In this document: positions 1 to 11,966 of the stretch, in pieces
Numbering within the stretch: position 1 is the stretch's first letter
How the letters are laid out: the number at the start of each line of letters is the position of its first letter
The notes under the pieces: model-generated
Seen by the model: the letters and a program-made list of their open reading frames with translations, nothing else
What the model was told of the DNA's origin: nothing
Database searches by the model: none
Origin: Octopus vulgaris
Taxonomy: Eukaryota
Direction: 5' to 3'
DNA length: 64,000 bases
Assembly (NCBI GenBank): GCA_951406725.2
Contig: OX597816.1
Location: 143,406,001 to 143,470,000 of the forward strand
Translations under genes and position numbers: made by a program

Positions 1-120
1 CCTTTCAGAAGGCTTTGATTGACCCAGAGCTTTAGTAGAGGACACTTGTCTGAAGTGCTGCACAGTGAGGTTGAACCTGAAGCTATGTGGTTGGGAAGCA
101 AACTTGATAACCATACAGAG
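1..120 (-). mobile_element. tRNA-derived SINE fragment in MRPS14 intron
   Basis: Reverse complement resembles the SINE head at 56718 (…ccacatagcttcaggttcaacctcactgtgcagcacttcagacaagtgtc…). Confidence 0.6.
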
Positions 121-244
121 AAATAAAGCATGTAGGTAGAAGTAAAAGACATTATCAGTGGCTTGGAAAATTATTACTACACTAATATCTTTTAAGTGTT
201 TGTATAAAATATTTTCTTCATTTGATTATTTTCTAAATTCATAG

Positions 245-427
245 GAAGTTGCTGATGAAGAAGTAGCTGCTCTTCCAAGGAACAGTTCAATAGTGAGAAT
301 TCGTCAACGTTGTGTTTTAACTTCCAGACCAAGAGGTGTTCTAAGACGGTGGCGTCTAAGTCGCATTATGTGGCGTCATTTAGCTGATTACAACCAACTT
401 TCTGGTATCACTAGAGCTTGTTGGTAA
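245..427 (+). CDS. MRPS14: Mitochondrial ribosomal protein S14, last coding exon (upstream exons outside window)
   Basis: After an AG acceptor at 243-244 the frame reads [60 protein letters not shown], the recognisable uS14m C-terminus; stop TAA at 425-427. Confidence 0.95.
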   Translation, partial: EVADEEVAALPRNSSIVRIRQRCVLTSRPRGVLRRWRLSRIMWRHLADYNQLSGITRACW

Positions 428-486
428 TATGTGTGTGTGTGTGTAATGCTTTTGTATTCTTTTTTCATACAAAATCCCTTATATTT

Positions 487-540
487 AATAAATTATTTAA
501 AATAATTTCTTTATTGTTTATTTTTCTGTTTTTAAATAAA
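487..540 (+). terminator. Candidate polyadenylation signals of MRPS14
   Basis: AATAAA at 487-492 and 535-540, 60-110 nt after the stop codon in T-rich sequence. Confidence 0.5.
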
Positions 541-581
541 ATCCTTAATTTAAACTCGCTCTAAATTTCAAGTGCTTTTTA

Positions 582-1780
582 TGAGGTTGGCAACTAAGTT
601 CCCGCGGTTTTTTAAAATTTAAATTGTTTAAAAGGTTTAATAAAAAATAACAACTAATTAATCAATAATGTATTCACCCTTGTTGTTTGCAACTTCTTCC
701 CAAAGTTCAACAAGATTTTCAATACCTTGTTGGGAGAAATCATCCGATTTCGACTTGAAAATTTGATCCAACCAAGCTCTCAATTCTGCATCAGTATTGA
801 ACGAAACTCTATGCATAGCATTTGAAAGAGATCGAAAGAGGTGGAAATCGATTGGTGCCAAATCAAGAGAGTACAGCAGGTGTGACAGCACTTCCCAGCC
901 ATGCGTTTGAATGGCTTCCTTAGTCATATTGGCGATATGAGGGCGGGCATTGTCATGCTGCCAATTAGGTCTTTTCTCTTGAATAGCCATGTGAGTCATT
1001 CCATCTGTTGAACATAAAGTTCTGTGTTGACCATTTGGTTCTGTTCAAGCAATTCGTAATGGATAATGCCTTCTCAGTCCCACCATACGCACAACATTGT
1101 TTTACGCAGATGAAGATTTTGTTTCACGCCCGGTGTCGCTTGTTTACCACAGCAAAGCCATTCCTTATGCTGCTTCATATTGATGTACAGGCACCATTTT
1201 TCATTGCCAGTAACGATTCAGTAAAGAAATTGTTGCTTGTGTCCATGAGTTGAGCGGTGACGAGCAAGCAAACCAGTGGAGATTGTGGCTCATTGATTTT
1301 TAATTGTTGTCACTTAAAGCATGTGGAACCCATGCTCCATACTTCTGAACCTTTCCCATTGAGTGAAGATGCTTCTCTATAGCAGTGTGGGAGCACTCCA
1401 TTTTCTCTGCCAGTTCCCTTGTCGTTTGGTGAGAATTTTCATGCAAAAGTTGGTTTAATTGCTCTTCATCGAACTCAACTGGACAGCCAGAACGAGGTGT
1501 GTCTTTGAGGTCAAAATTTCCATTTTTGAACTTGGCATACCAATTACAAGCGGTTCTTTCAGCTGTGGCACCCTCTCCATACACAGCACTAATGTTGTAA
1601 GCAGCTTTTGCAGCCTTAGAACCTTGATTAAAAGCAAAAAGGAGGAGGTGTTGAAAATGCTCATTTTTCTTAACTTGACATTCCATTTTAATGATCTGAA
1701 AATAAACAAAAATTAACTAAAATTAACTAGGAAAAAAAAAAAATTTTTAAAAAACGGCAGGAGCTTAGTTGCCTACCCAA
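582..1780 (-). mobile_element. Mariner DNA transposon, defective (mellifera-subfamily-like)
   Basis: ~32-bp TIRs (TGAGGTTGGCAACTAAGTTCCCGCGGTTTTTT / AAAAAACGGCAGGAGCTTAGTTGCCTACCCAA) with TA on both sides. Transposase pieces carry WVPHAL, HDNARPH and a YSLDLAPIDFHLF (YSPDLAP-like) motif; stops and frameshifts present. Confidence 0.93.
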
Positions 1781-2399
1781 TATATTTGTGTGATGAACTG
1801 CAAAAACTTCTAAAACATTTTCAGGGCTTCCAAAACTGAAGGATTGGTATAAGTGATATAATAGTATTCAGTCTACATTTCCCATTCAATAACCACTATT
1901 TTGCATCCCACTTCAATTTTGTTAGACTGATAAAATGATAAATTATACTCAAATGCACAGCTGAGATTGATTATCGGTAGGAAAAATACATAGCTCAAAA
2001 ACCCCTCACCCCCACCCAGCTGTCATGATGCTTAATATGTTTATAACCTAGTTTTATATAAGAAAACGGTGTCTAGATATGCCCATTGTAAATTAGTGTT
2101 AACATTTACTTTTGTAGTGAGTATTAAATACTGAAGTCTAAGACACATTCGAAGTAGCCTTATATTTGCTGTAATAATTTATGTTTAAAACTTTTCGAAG
2201 TAATTTGTTCCATCATAATAAATTTTCATATATTAATATGCAGGATGTATATATGCATGCGTGATTAAGTATACAGATATTTAATCCTTGCTATATATCC
2301 ATCCCTTCCTCTCTTCTGGATAGTCAAAACTCTAGCCCCTTTCTTCCCTTCCTTGTTGGTACTTACCCTTGATGGTGTACGAGATTGAGGAAATAGTAA

Positions 2400-4330
2400 T
2401 TCATTGAGTAAACTAAACTATGTACAAGTGCCCCCTGCCAGTTGGCAAGTGTTCACACAAATATTATTTTCAGGTGGTAACTCTTCTAAGTCCACAGTTT
2501 CAGGGTTGCTTCATGTAGAGGTGTACTGCATGCAAGTAGTAAGATGGAAGGGAGCCTTGACTAGATTCCTCATGGGTAAGGAGCAGAAGTTCAAATTCCT
2601 TTGAGTAGGTAACTGTTGGGGTAGGTAGTGTTGGTATAGAAATTTGTAGATTGAGATAGCATGTGTGATAGGGTTAAGCTGAGACTAGTCTTACCCAAAT
2701 CAACAGTTGCTTTTATCTCTACCTCTACATTATGGGCTGGAAAATGATCAGAAGGACCAGTTTTACAAGGCCTTTTGCAGATTACCTTCACAAATCATAG
2801 ACTTCATTTTGTGATTGGTGACTTCAATGGACATGTTAGGCAACATTCCCATGGTGTACATGGAGGTTATGGCTTTGGCTCTAAAAATGAAGAGGAAGCA
2901 AGACTGTTGGAATTCTGTGATGCAAGTTATCTACAACACTGCCTTCAGGAAACAAGTCATCACATCAATTTGGTGGGCATAAAAGCCAAATTGACTTACA
3001 TTCTTACTAGAAAACAAGATAGACAGAAGCTTGTAAATGTAAACTCTTTTCCAGGTGAAGATTTTATTTATAACCCAACATAGGTTAGTAGTTATTGACT
3101 TTAGGACTCAGAAAAACTAATCTGGAAATGAAAGGTATGGAAGCTTAAAAACCCAGCAAAATCAGAAATTTTTATTGAAGCATCTGATAAGGCGTTAGAT
3201 ATAGCACAAAAGACAAGTGGAAGTTTATATGCAACGACTTACTGAAGCTACAGACCAAATCCCTGTATGGTGTTAAGTCATGGCTGGACTGAGGTAGTGG
3301 GGCAGAAAGACTGGAAAAATGATGCTTGAGAATGTTATCAAATAGCCAGGATGGAAGCTAGGCAATAAGTTAATATAGAGGAGGGAGAAGCAGAAAGATT
3401 TACCAATGTTCTACAGTATAAGATGTTCCGGATTGTAATACAGACAGAATCGAGATATTGTGGGTGAGAAGTGTGTGGATGAATAATGGTAGACTTGCAC
3501 TTAGTGATTATCAGAAATAAAGAGCCAAGGAACTACTATTATGAAAGGCTACTAAATGTGGAGAGTATTTGAGAGAAAGGTCTTTTCAATGTGGACTCAA
3601 GTGAAGTACGAGCCATCCAAGTTGAAAGTATAATTGATAAAGCAATCAAGGATATGAAGACAGGAAAAGCCCCTGGTCCACTAGGAATCACCACAGATAT
3701 GCTTAAAATATCTAGCAGAGTAGGATACAACCGAGTTACCACTATAGTCAATCAGGTTGTACAGGAAGGTGTCCTACCCAATGACTGGTGTAGCAGCATT
3801 ATAATCAGTTATTACAAAGGTAAAGATGTTTTAGAAGCAATTGCTGGACTAGTTCATAAAGATTATATAGAGAGTTACAGTCTAATTGATTACAGAATTA
3901 GACTAGATGAGATACAGTTTGTTTTTGTGCCAAGGAGTACTATGAATACTACCTCCCTAGTAAGGCAACTGCAAGAGAAATACCTAGCTAAAAGTAAACC
4001 TTTGTTTTTGGCATTCACAGCAAATGAATGGCTTATTAAAGCCATACAAGCCATGTACAGGGGTGTTGTCAGTAGAGTGAGAATTTAAGAGTTCATCAGG
4101 GCTCAGTTGTCATTCCCCTCCAACTCATCATTGTCCTCCAGGTCATAATAGTGAAATTTAAGACTGGCTCCCTTGGTAACTACCATATGCTGATGACCTT
4201 GTTTTTACAGAAGAATTGGAAAAGAAATTCCAGATGTAGAAGCAAAACCTGAAGTCAAAGGGCCTATCAAAGACCAAAATTATAGTTGGATAAGACTGTC
4301 TTTCTGCTAGATAAATGGCCCTGCTTATTA
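2400..4330 (+). mobile_element. RTE-clade LINE, degenerate endonuclease and RT fragments
   Basis: VIGDFNGHV…HGGYGFGSKNEE (APE domain), MKTGKAPGPLGIT…DWCSS…YKGK, RQLQEKYLAK and a YADDL-like motif near 4186; many frameshifts. Confidence 0.85.
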
Positions 4331-4925
4331 TGTAGGAAATGTATTGAAATAAACATACACTGGGAGGAAAGTAAATGGTAACAGTAAAGATAAAGACTGT
4401 AGAGAGTGGATTGGATTGAGGGTGAGTAGGACGAAGGGGTGATCAATGGTACATGATTTGGGGGTTATATATGGGAAAATAGTACAGAAAGTGGTGAAGA
4501 GCAGCAGAATAGTAATAATAATACAGGAAAAGGCCGAGAGAAAAGATGACATGTGGATGGATAGGTGGGAGGTTAGGTTGCAAGAGTGTGAGAGGAGAGG
4601 TCAATGTAGTGCATGGAGGAAGTGAGAGGTGTATAGTGGTGGAGAATTTTTTAAAATTAATTTTCTGAAATTACCTCTCCTTTTCGTTTGCTAAGAATTA
4701 CTGTCAGATTTTTGCTTCCTTTCGTTAACTAAAAGGCAGATTTTATTTCACTGAGAATGTTTTGTATATGCTATTCGGAACTATCTAAATTATATACATT
4801 TATAAAGTTTGTCTCATGCACTTCTATTTATATATTTATATAGTTCATTTCCTTGTAATTAGTAAAATACAAAGGTGAAGATGCTTGGATGTTCCAGCCT
4901 CTCTCTGCAATAATGCTGTTTGAAG

Positions 4926-5266
4926 CAGGGCCAGATTTAGACTATTGGCACTGGGCCAATAGGTTTTGGGGCCTCTTACAATTTTGCTAATTCAAAATAT
5001 TAGATAGTAAAGAGGATCCCATTAAATCTAGAGGCTCCAAAACTTAAAAGTCCCTTGGTTGATTCAGTGAGATTGATCATCATCACTAAGTTAAGTTTAA
5101 CAGCTAAGTAGGCCCAATGATTCACTAGACGGTTCAATAATTTTTAATGAACCCTAGATTGCGGTAAATATATCTTTTACTTTCTAACCCCAAGCTTTAA
5201 GCTTCTGAGTTAAAGGGCAACACTTGGGCCATGACCATATTGGTCTATACCTAAAATCCAATCCTG
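4926..5266. mobile_element. Possible hAT-type MITE
   Basis: Imperfect terminal inverted repeats CAGGGCCAGATTTAG … TAAAATCCAATCCTG; no clear TSD. Confidence 0.35.
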
Positions 5267-6022
5267 AAAATTTTTTAGAGGATGCCAGTACCCTTGCTAT
5301 GATGCACAACTAAGAGAGTGTCTTTATTTTCTTCATTGTTTACTGTCTTCTACATTTTTTACCATTTTTTTCTTTTTACTGATTACTTTTGTAGATGTTC
5401 AGTTTTGATAAATGTAATTTAATAGTTGCATCCCCCACTCAACCTAAAAACAAAATATTCAATACATGTTCATGTTAGTGGTTGCTTTTAATTTAACACT
5501 GATCGAACAGAAGGCATTCCAGCTACGACCATCATGTTTTTTGTAATGGTATTTGGAACATGACTGAACGTTCTTTCTTTTCTTAAGATACTAGATTAAG
5601 CGTAATTAGACTATTTCCAGTAATCACGTAGAACTCACTCAATTGGCTAGTTACTGTTGTTGTTCGTCTGATCAAGTAAACCCGTTATCTGAGACATTCC
5701 AACAGCGACCGTTTTGTACAAGGAATCCAAGACCACATTATCCAAGTACTTTTTTTTAAAGACAGTAAGCGATAATCTGAAGGGGATTTGGCTGCTATTT
5801 CTAGCAAGTTGGTAAAAGACGTAGACGTTCCTCGTTTGCTGATGGAAGTCTGCGGTATCATAATATGGCGTTAAGTACAGAATAATAGATAGTAATTTCA
5901 TAGTTTAGGTCTAACTAACCCAAGCTTAATACCTTTCTCTTTATTCAGTGACGGGTTGGTTCATGCTTTAACGTCGTAAAAGAAATTGACATGACACTTT
6001 CATTGTAAAACACGTTCTAAAA

Positions 6023-6210
6023 CCGGTGAGTTGGCAGAATCCTTAGCATGCCGGAAAAAGACTTAGCGGCTTTCTTCCGCTTTTACGTTCTGAGTTCATA
6101 TTCCGCCGAGGTTGACTTTGCCTAAGGGCGATTAAAATAAAGTGCCGGTCGTGTATTGCGGTTCACGTAATCGACTAATCCAGCAAAATTTCAGCCCTTG
6201 TGCCTATCAA
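6023..6210 (+). mobile_element. tRNA-derived SINE (same family as 25657-25876, 26908-27132, 57808-58020)
   Basis: GGCAGAA…TTAGCA…CCGG…TTACGTTCTGAGTTCA.ATTCCGCCGAGGT.GACTTTGCC core with a B-box-like GAGTTCA.A. Confidence 0.75.
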
Positions 6211-7789
6211 AATCATTAGCTCGCCAATGCTTAAGACATTACCTTCTTCTTTTCGGGGTTGATAAAATAAAGTAACAGTCGAGTACAGAAGTCAATGAAG
6301 TCAACCGAAATCCTACTCCATAATTTTGGGCCTCGTACCTATATTAGAAACAATTATTAAATACTTCCGCGCGAAGTTTCGGATTAGGTAACCCCCCACC
6401 ACCCATATACACGCATCATGATCTTCCCAATACCTTTATTTTTGTCTGTATAATAATTTTTTTTTGTATTTCAGTGAACGGTTCTAAATAATTATTTCTT
6501 TCAAGATTTCACTCCTCCTCACTTCCGTTATTTTTTTCTTTTTTCATCAGGTACGAAGTTCCTAAATCTGAAACTACTTCCGTTTGTAAGGAAGCTAACT
6601 TAAATTTATCTTGTGTGAAATCTTTTACCAAACAAGTACAATGCAGGAATACTTATATTTAAACAATGCGACTATCGGAATAGTTGTGACACATAAATCA
6701 GAATTTCTCCGCCACATTCTATCTCACGCTCTTAAAACTACAAACTATAAATTATTTATTACATAAAATCATAAAAAATGTTAGTAGGAGATAAGCGAAA
6801 ATATGTCCGCGAGTCCTTAATGACCCGGCGTATTCTTGCAGTGGATGTCAGCAAGGAAGAAATTTCGACGGCTTGGTATCAGTTGTGCTTTATTTACACG
6901 TCACACTCCTCGTGCTCCCGTGCATATGGAGAAATATTTGAAGATGTTTTCGCTATCTTCCTTCTGTTAATGAATTTATTATATTTAAAAAATACCTTGA
7001 GTGTATGTAGTTTATTTTTGTGGTTTAAAACATGGAATTGCATTATTAAATATATGTTCTTGAGAGATTTAAAAACAAAAGTATTCAGTGCTAAGTATGT
7101 AAGTAGGAAAACACCCAACTATTTACTCAACACACGGGCAGCCACGAGTGATATTTCGAAATAAGTGCGTAAAATGGTCGACAAAAGAACGATATATGTT
7201 TATTGCTAATAATAAAGTGAGGACACTAAATCGGCATTTCAAATACTTTAATATCTTTCTAACCGCGGTATAATATATATACATATAGGTATTTAAAATA
7301 TTTATAAAATATCTACATATATATCAATGCGAGACATATATTTGGTTTTCACTGAACACTGGTATAAACGGCAGAAGTAGGATACTAGTATTCCCCCAAA
7401 GGATTATAGGTCTTTCACACACACACACACACACAATTTACCAATAAGTATTCTTTGAGAATGAAAGCACATTAACATAAGACGCCAGAAATAGGTACAA
7501 ACACTGCTCACAAAAAAACCCCCCAAAAAACAGACTTCAGCTGGTGACAAGATACTATAAATACGCAAGTACCAAATCCAATATGCAACCATCAATCCGA
7601 CTTTTCAGTGGATCCTTGGTGTGGCCTTGGTATAAAATAGTTAACACGAATGACGTTTAAAATTTGCAACAGCTATTTTGGTAGAATTTTATATAATCTA
7701 GTCATTTTAAAAGATTACAAAATTTCAAATAGGTAACATGGATACAGCCAACATTTGTTGGGTTAGTGATGCTTTCAAGTTATATATAT

Positions 7790-9250
7790 ATTCACTACTT
7801 ATAGCTGAATCACTACCAGAACTAGAGAAGAAATTTCAGGTGTGGAAGCAAGGTCTAGAATCAAAGGGACCTAAAGTTAATTTAGCAAAAACTAAAGTCT
7901 TGGTAAGTAGGAAAGAGGACAATCACAAATCCCTTCAGGTAGATGGCCCTGCTCAATATGTAGAAAAGATGTAAGTAGATACCCCATAAGATGTACCCAG
8001 TACAAACTATGGACAAAACACGTGCAGCGAATCTGTTCAGTTTGGTTCACAGATTTAAAAATATTTTTAAAACTAAACAGTTTGAAACTTCATATACTGG
8101 TGGAATGTCTCACACAGAATATGGTTTACTTTGAACATTTTTGATAAAATTTGGTATTTTAGAAGATATTTCATGTTAAAGTTGTCGTATTTGGGTAATT
8201 TCAACCAACTTCTAAAATACCAAACTTTGTCAAAAATCTTCAAAGTAAACCATGTTCTGTATGAGATATTCCACCAGTATACAAAGTTTCAAACTGTTAA
8301 AAAAAATTAATTAAAAAAATCTGTGGGCCAAACTGAACAGATCCAGTGCAGCAATATCAGAGGAAAGTTAACGGGAAAAATAGTCTTTGTGTGTGGCAGG
8401 TGCACATGTACAATAAACACTAGAAATCTACGGGGGGAAGCTAAAAGTAGTTCGTAGCTTCCATTATCCAGGTGACCAGTAATGGAGGTGGATGGTCTGA
8501 GGATGTAGCTGCAAGAATAACAATAGGCTGGGCAAAGTTCAGAGAGCTCCTACCTTTGTTGATAACAAGGTCCTCTCCCTCAGAGTGAAAGGCAGGCCGT
8601 ATGACGCCTGTGTGGACAGCCATGCTACACGGCAATGAAACATGGGCTGTGACTGCTGAAGTGATGCGTAGGCTTGAAAGAAATGAAACCAATATACTTT
8701 GCTGGTTGTGCAATGTCAGTGTGAATGTTTTGAGAGAAGAGCTGGGCATAAGAGGCATCAGATGTGTACAAGAGAGATGATTGCGCTGGTTTGACCATGT
8801 GACGTGTATGGATGAAGGCAGCTGTGTACAAAGTGTCAATCTCTAACTGTGGATGGAACCTGTGGAAGAGGTAAACCCAGGAAGACATGGGACAAAGTGG
8901 TGAAGCATGATCTTCAAACATTGGGCCTCATAGAGGTGATGACAAGTGACCAAGACCGTTGATGATATGCTCTACATGAGAAGACTTGTCAAGCCAAGTG
9001 AAATTGTAGTTGTGGCCAATGCAGGTGACTGGCTCCCGTGCTGGTGACACATTCAAAACATCTGTGCTGTTGACACATTAGAGCACCCATTACACTCTCA
9101 GAGTGGTTGGCATTAGGAAGAGCATCAAGCTGTAGGGACCATGCAAAGCCAGAATGGAACTTGGTGCACCTCTCTGGCTTGCCAGTTCTTGTCAAACTGT
9201 CTAATCCATGCCAACATGGAAAGTAGATGCTAAATGATGATGATGATGAT
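7790..9250 (+). mobile_element. RTE-clade LINE 3' portion with (GAT)n tail, interrupted by a MITE
   Basis: LIAESLPELEKKFQVWKQGLESKG.KVNLAKTKVLV, WAKFRELLP and a GRGKPRKTWD-like C-terminus; 3' UTR ends TAAATGATGATGATGAT. Confidence 0.85.
8029..8344. mobile_element. Palindromic MITE with 8-bp TSD (Merlin-like termini)
   Basis: ~130-bp inverted arms GAATCTGTTCAGTTTGG… / …CCAAACTGAACAGATCC, flanked by CGTGCAGC and AGTGCAGC (8021-8028, 8345-8352). The host RTE sequence is continuous across the insertion. Confidence 0.85.
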
Positions 9251-9419
9251 ATATGTGGACTGTTGGTGATTATTTTCCTTTGGACTTTCGTATGTTTCCG
9301 AAGAAGAGTACGATGTCCTCACATTTTTTTTCTTGTCGTCTTTTTCTCCATTTTTTAAATTATATATATATATATAAGTGAAAATTAAAGTTTAGATTTA
9401 AATCTAAAATTTAAACTGT

Positions 9420-9835
9420 GTTTTGGGTATGTCCCTGGTAGTATGCTGACATAGCATGTTCACTGCCTATGGCTACCTTGTGTCATCCATGGTAATCGTG
9501 CAATCATCACTGGATCTACATTAGGAATTCCTCAGGGCACATTGAGTATAGTGGAAACAATGGATATGGAAGATAGAGTATACTGGAAACTTTATTTATT
9601 ACAATGATCATTTCAACACATCATGCACTGCTCCCTTGTGGTGGGAAACTATACAATGAATTAAAGTGCACCTCACAGTGCATCACCTGAAGAGATACTA
9701 CTGCACTGTGTGGTGGACTCCAATTCATTGTATACTTTTCCACCCATGAGGGGACAGTGCAGGATGTGGCGAAACCATCATTATGATAAATAAAGTTTCC
9801 AGTATACTCTATCTTCTGTATCGATTCTTCTAATA
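9420..9835. mobile_element. Penelope-like inverted pLTR remnant containing a degenerate hammerhead motif
   Basis: Arms ~9547-9682 and ~9700-9835 are inverted copies. The right arm has ATCAC-CTGAAGA-GATAC…GTGGC-GAAA-CCATCA-TT-ATGAT; adjacent to TA-rich sequence. Confidence 0.6.
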
Positions 9836-9968
9836 TATATATTATTTTACTTGTTTCAGTCATTTGACTGTGGCCATACTGGAGCACCACCTTAAAGGGT
9901 TTCTAGTTGAAGAAGTGATGGAGTAGGGGTGGGGCAAACAGACACACACACATAAATATCTATCTATA

Positions 9969-10011
<43 letters not shown>

Positions 10012-10014
<3 letters not shown>

Positions 10015-10468
10015 GGCCACTGATCGTGGCCGTTGCCAGCCACCCCTGGTACCTGTGCAGTGGCACATAAAAAGCACCATCTGTACGTGGCTGATGCCAG
10101 CACTGCCATAACTGGCTTCCGTGCCGGTGGCACGTAAAAGGCACCACCCATTCGTGGCCGTTGCCAGCCTACCGTGGCACCTGTGCCGGTGCACCCAAAA
10201 AGCACCATCTGTACGTGGCCGATGCCAACGCCGCCTTGACTGATTGACTGGCTTCCGTGCTGGTGGCACGTAAAAAGCACCAACCGATCATGGCTGTTGC
10301 CAGCCTACTCTGGCACCTGTGCCGGTGGCATGTAAAAAGCACCAGCCAGCACCACCTTGACTGGCTTCTGTGCCGATGACACGTAAAAAGCCTCCTGGCT
10401 TCCCAGACCCCAGTCGAACCATCCAACCCATGCTAGCATGGAAAATGGACGTTAGACGATGATGATGA

Positions 10469-10470
<2 letters not shown>
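10012..10470 (+). repeat. RTE-tail-type SINE with ~60-bp minisatellite units (GTGCCGGTGGCACGTAAAAAGCACC)
   Basis: About 6 imperfect tandem units ending in CCCATGCTAGCATGGAAAATGGACGTTAGACGATGATGAT. Related copies lie at ~30250-30570, ~41990-42460 and ~46525-46790. Confidence 0.8.
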
Positions 10471-10500
<30 letters not shown>

Positions 10501-10504
<4 letters not shown>

Positions 10505-11934
10505 TGAGATAGGGGTTGTAAATGCAACCCTCCATGGGATAACATATATCCAATATACTGCTAGTGAAGTACCCAACAAAGTTAATACATAAATGTTAAT
10601 GATTGCGATGCAATCAATTCATTTACTGTATTATATGGGCAAAGGTAAAATGATTTACCACAAATTACTAATACAAGATAAGAAAATGGAGAAATACATC
10701 TAAATCAAATATCAATTACCAGATAATACTCAATCACATACTTTATTAAACCACCACATAAGAGACTGTAGGGTTAAATATAAAAAGCAGAACAAATCAG
10801 TGTACATAAAGGAATGTACATAAAAAAGTGTAAATAAAAGAGTAATGTTGTATAATAAGTAGAATATATATAAAAGAGAATATAAATATAAGTAAATATA
10901 AATATAAGTATAGATTACATCTTACAGCTGTTTCGGCCATGTAGATAAGTATGTCTCATTTTACCAATATTAGCCCTTTATGGTTGGTCAATATATAGAT
11001 ATAAATGAGACATTTACAAAAATATCATAAGGCCTCTTCAGAGATTATGTAATATAAATCAGTCTACATATATACCCACATGAGTGTGGGTGCATACCCA
11101 TAATACAACATATACATATACATATGAGTGCATATACTCACACTCTTATACATATAAAAATATACATATACATAATGATATAAATAAATAATATAAATTA
11201 GTAAACATATATAAGTGTTCCACATTCAATGTCTCAGTTTTTCAACTTAATATTGTGATAATAAACATACACAAATTAGTACCTAGATGCAAATATACAT
11301 AGTCAATAGTACATTATATTACTTCATAATAATTTCTAAAGTGTCATTAAAGTTAGCATCATTATCGTTGTCAATACCATTAATGTTACCATTATTATCA
11401 TTCATAATATTATTAACAACGCTTACATTAGAATCCAGAGCGGTATATATGTATGTCCGGGTTCCAGTTAATAATTTTCCTTATGACATAAATACACTAT
11501 TGGATTTGAATTTAAAATTATCATTATCTTCCTCACGGTTGGTCAATTGAGAGCCACCCGACCTCCACCACACCGCACAAGCAAAACATACACATCCACA
11601 TCTAACCCTAAATCCACACATCCTCACAGAAACTAATACACACATGCACACACACAGGAATACACCCCGACACATCTCTACACACTCAAAAAATTGCAGA
11701 GTGCATGTCTGTCATCGCATGGCTTATAGACATATCAGTACAGGCAGCAGTGTCTAACACTAACACACACACTCACACGCACATCCGCATATACGCATAA
11801 ATATTAATACACTTTCCTATACTGTGTCAGGGAACTTTCGCACACACACATATATATATTTGAATATATATCTGCGCACTCATACGTACAAATAAAACCT
11901 ATATTTATATCCACCCCTCCATTTTCTTATCTTG

Positions 11935-11935
<1 letters not shown>
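10501..11935 (-). mobile_element. Non-coding Penelope-like or retrozyme-like element inserted in (TA)n
   Basis: AT-rich non-coding segment bounded by (TA)n tracts at 10471-10500 and 11935-11960; carries an intact hammerhead core at 10914-11053. Confidence 0.5.
10914..11053 (-). ncRNA. Type I hammerhead ribozyme with extended stem II
   Basis: Minus strand: AUUAC-AUA-AUCU / CUGAAGA / GGCC…(AUGUCUCAUUU…AAAUGAGACAU hairpin)…GGCC / GAAA / CAGCUG / UA^AGAUGUAAU. All core nucleotides are canonical, the cleavage triplet is GUA and stem III is palindromic. Confidence 0.8.

Positions 11936-11961
<26 letters not shown>

Positions 11962-11966
<5 letters not shown>

Noticed and set aside
6778-7164. 128-aa ORF as a protein-coding gene
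   Set aside because: It has no recognisable domain, AT-rich low-complexity composition in its second half, and an overlapping antisense ORF of similar quality.
9285-9330. Additional hammerhead at CCGAAGAAGAG
   Set aside because: It lacks CUGANGA and a downstream GAAA with pairable stems.
10012-10400. Regular repeat-spacer-like pattern resembling a CRISPR array
   Set aside because: The context is eukaryotic, the 'spacers' are homologous to each other, there are no cas genes, and the same minisatellite recurs inside several RTE-tail SINEs.
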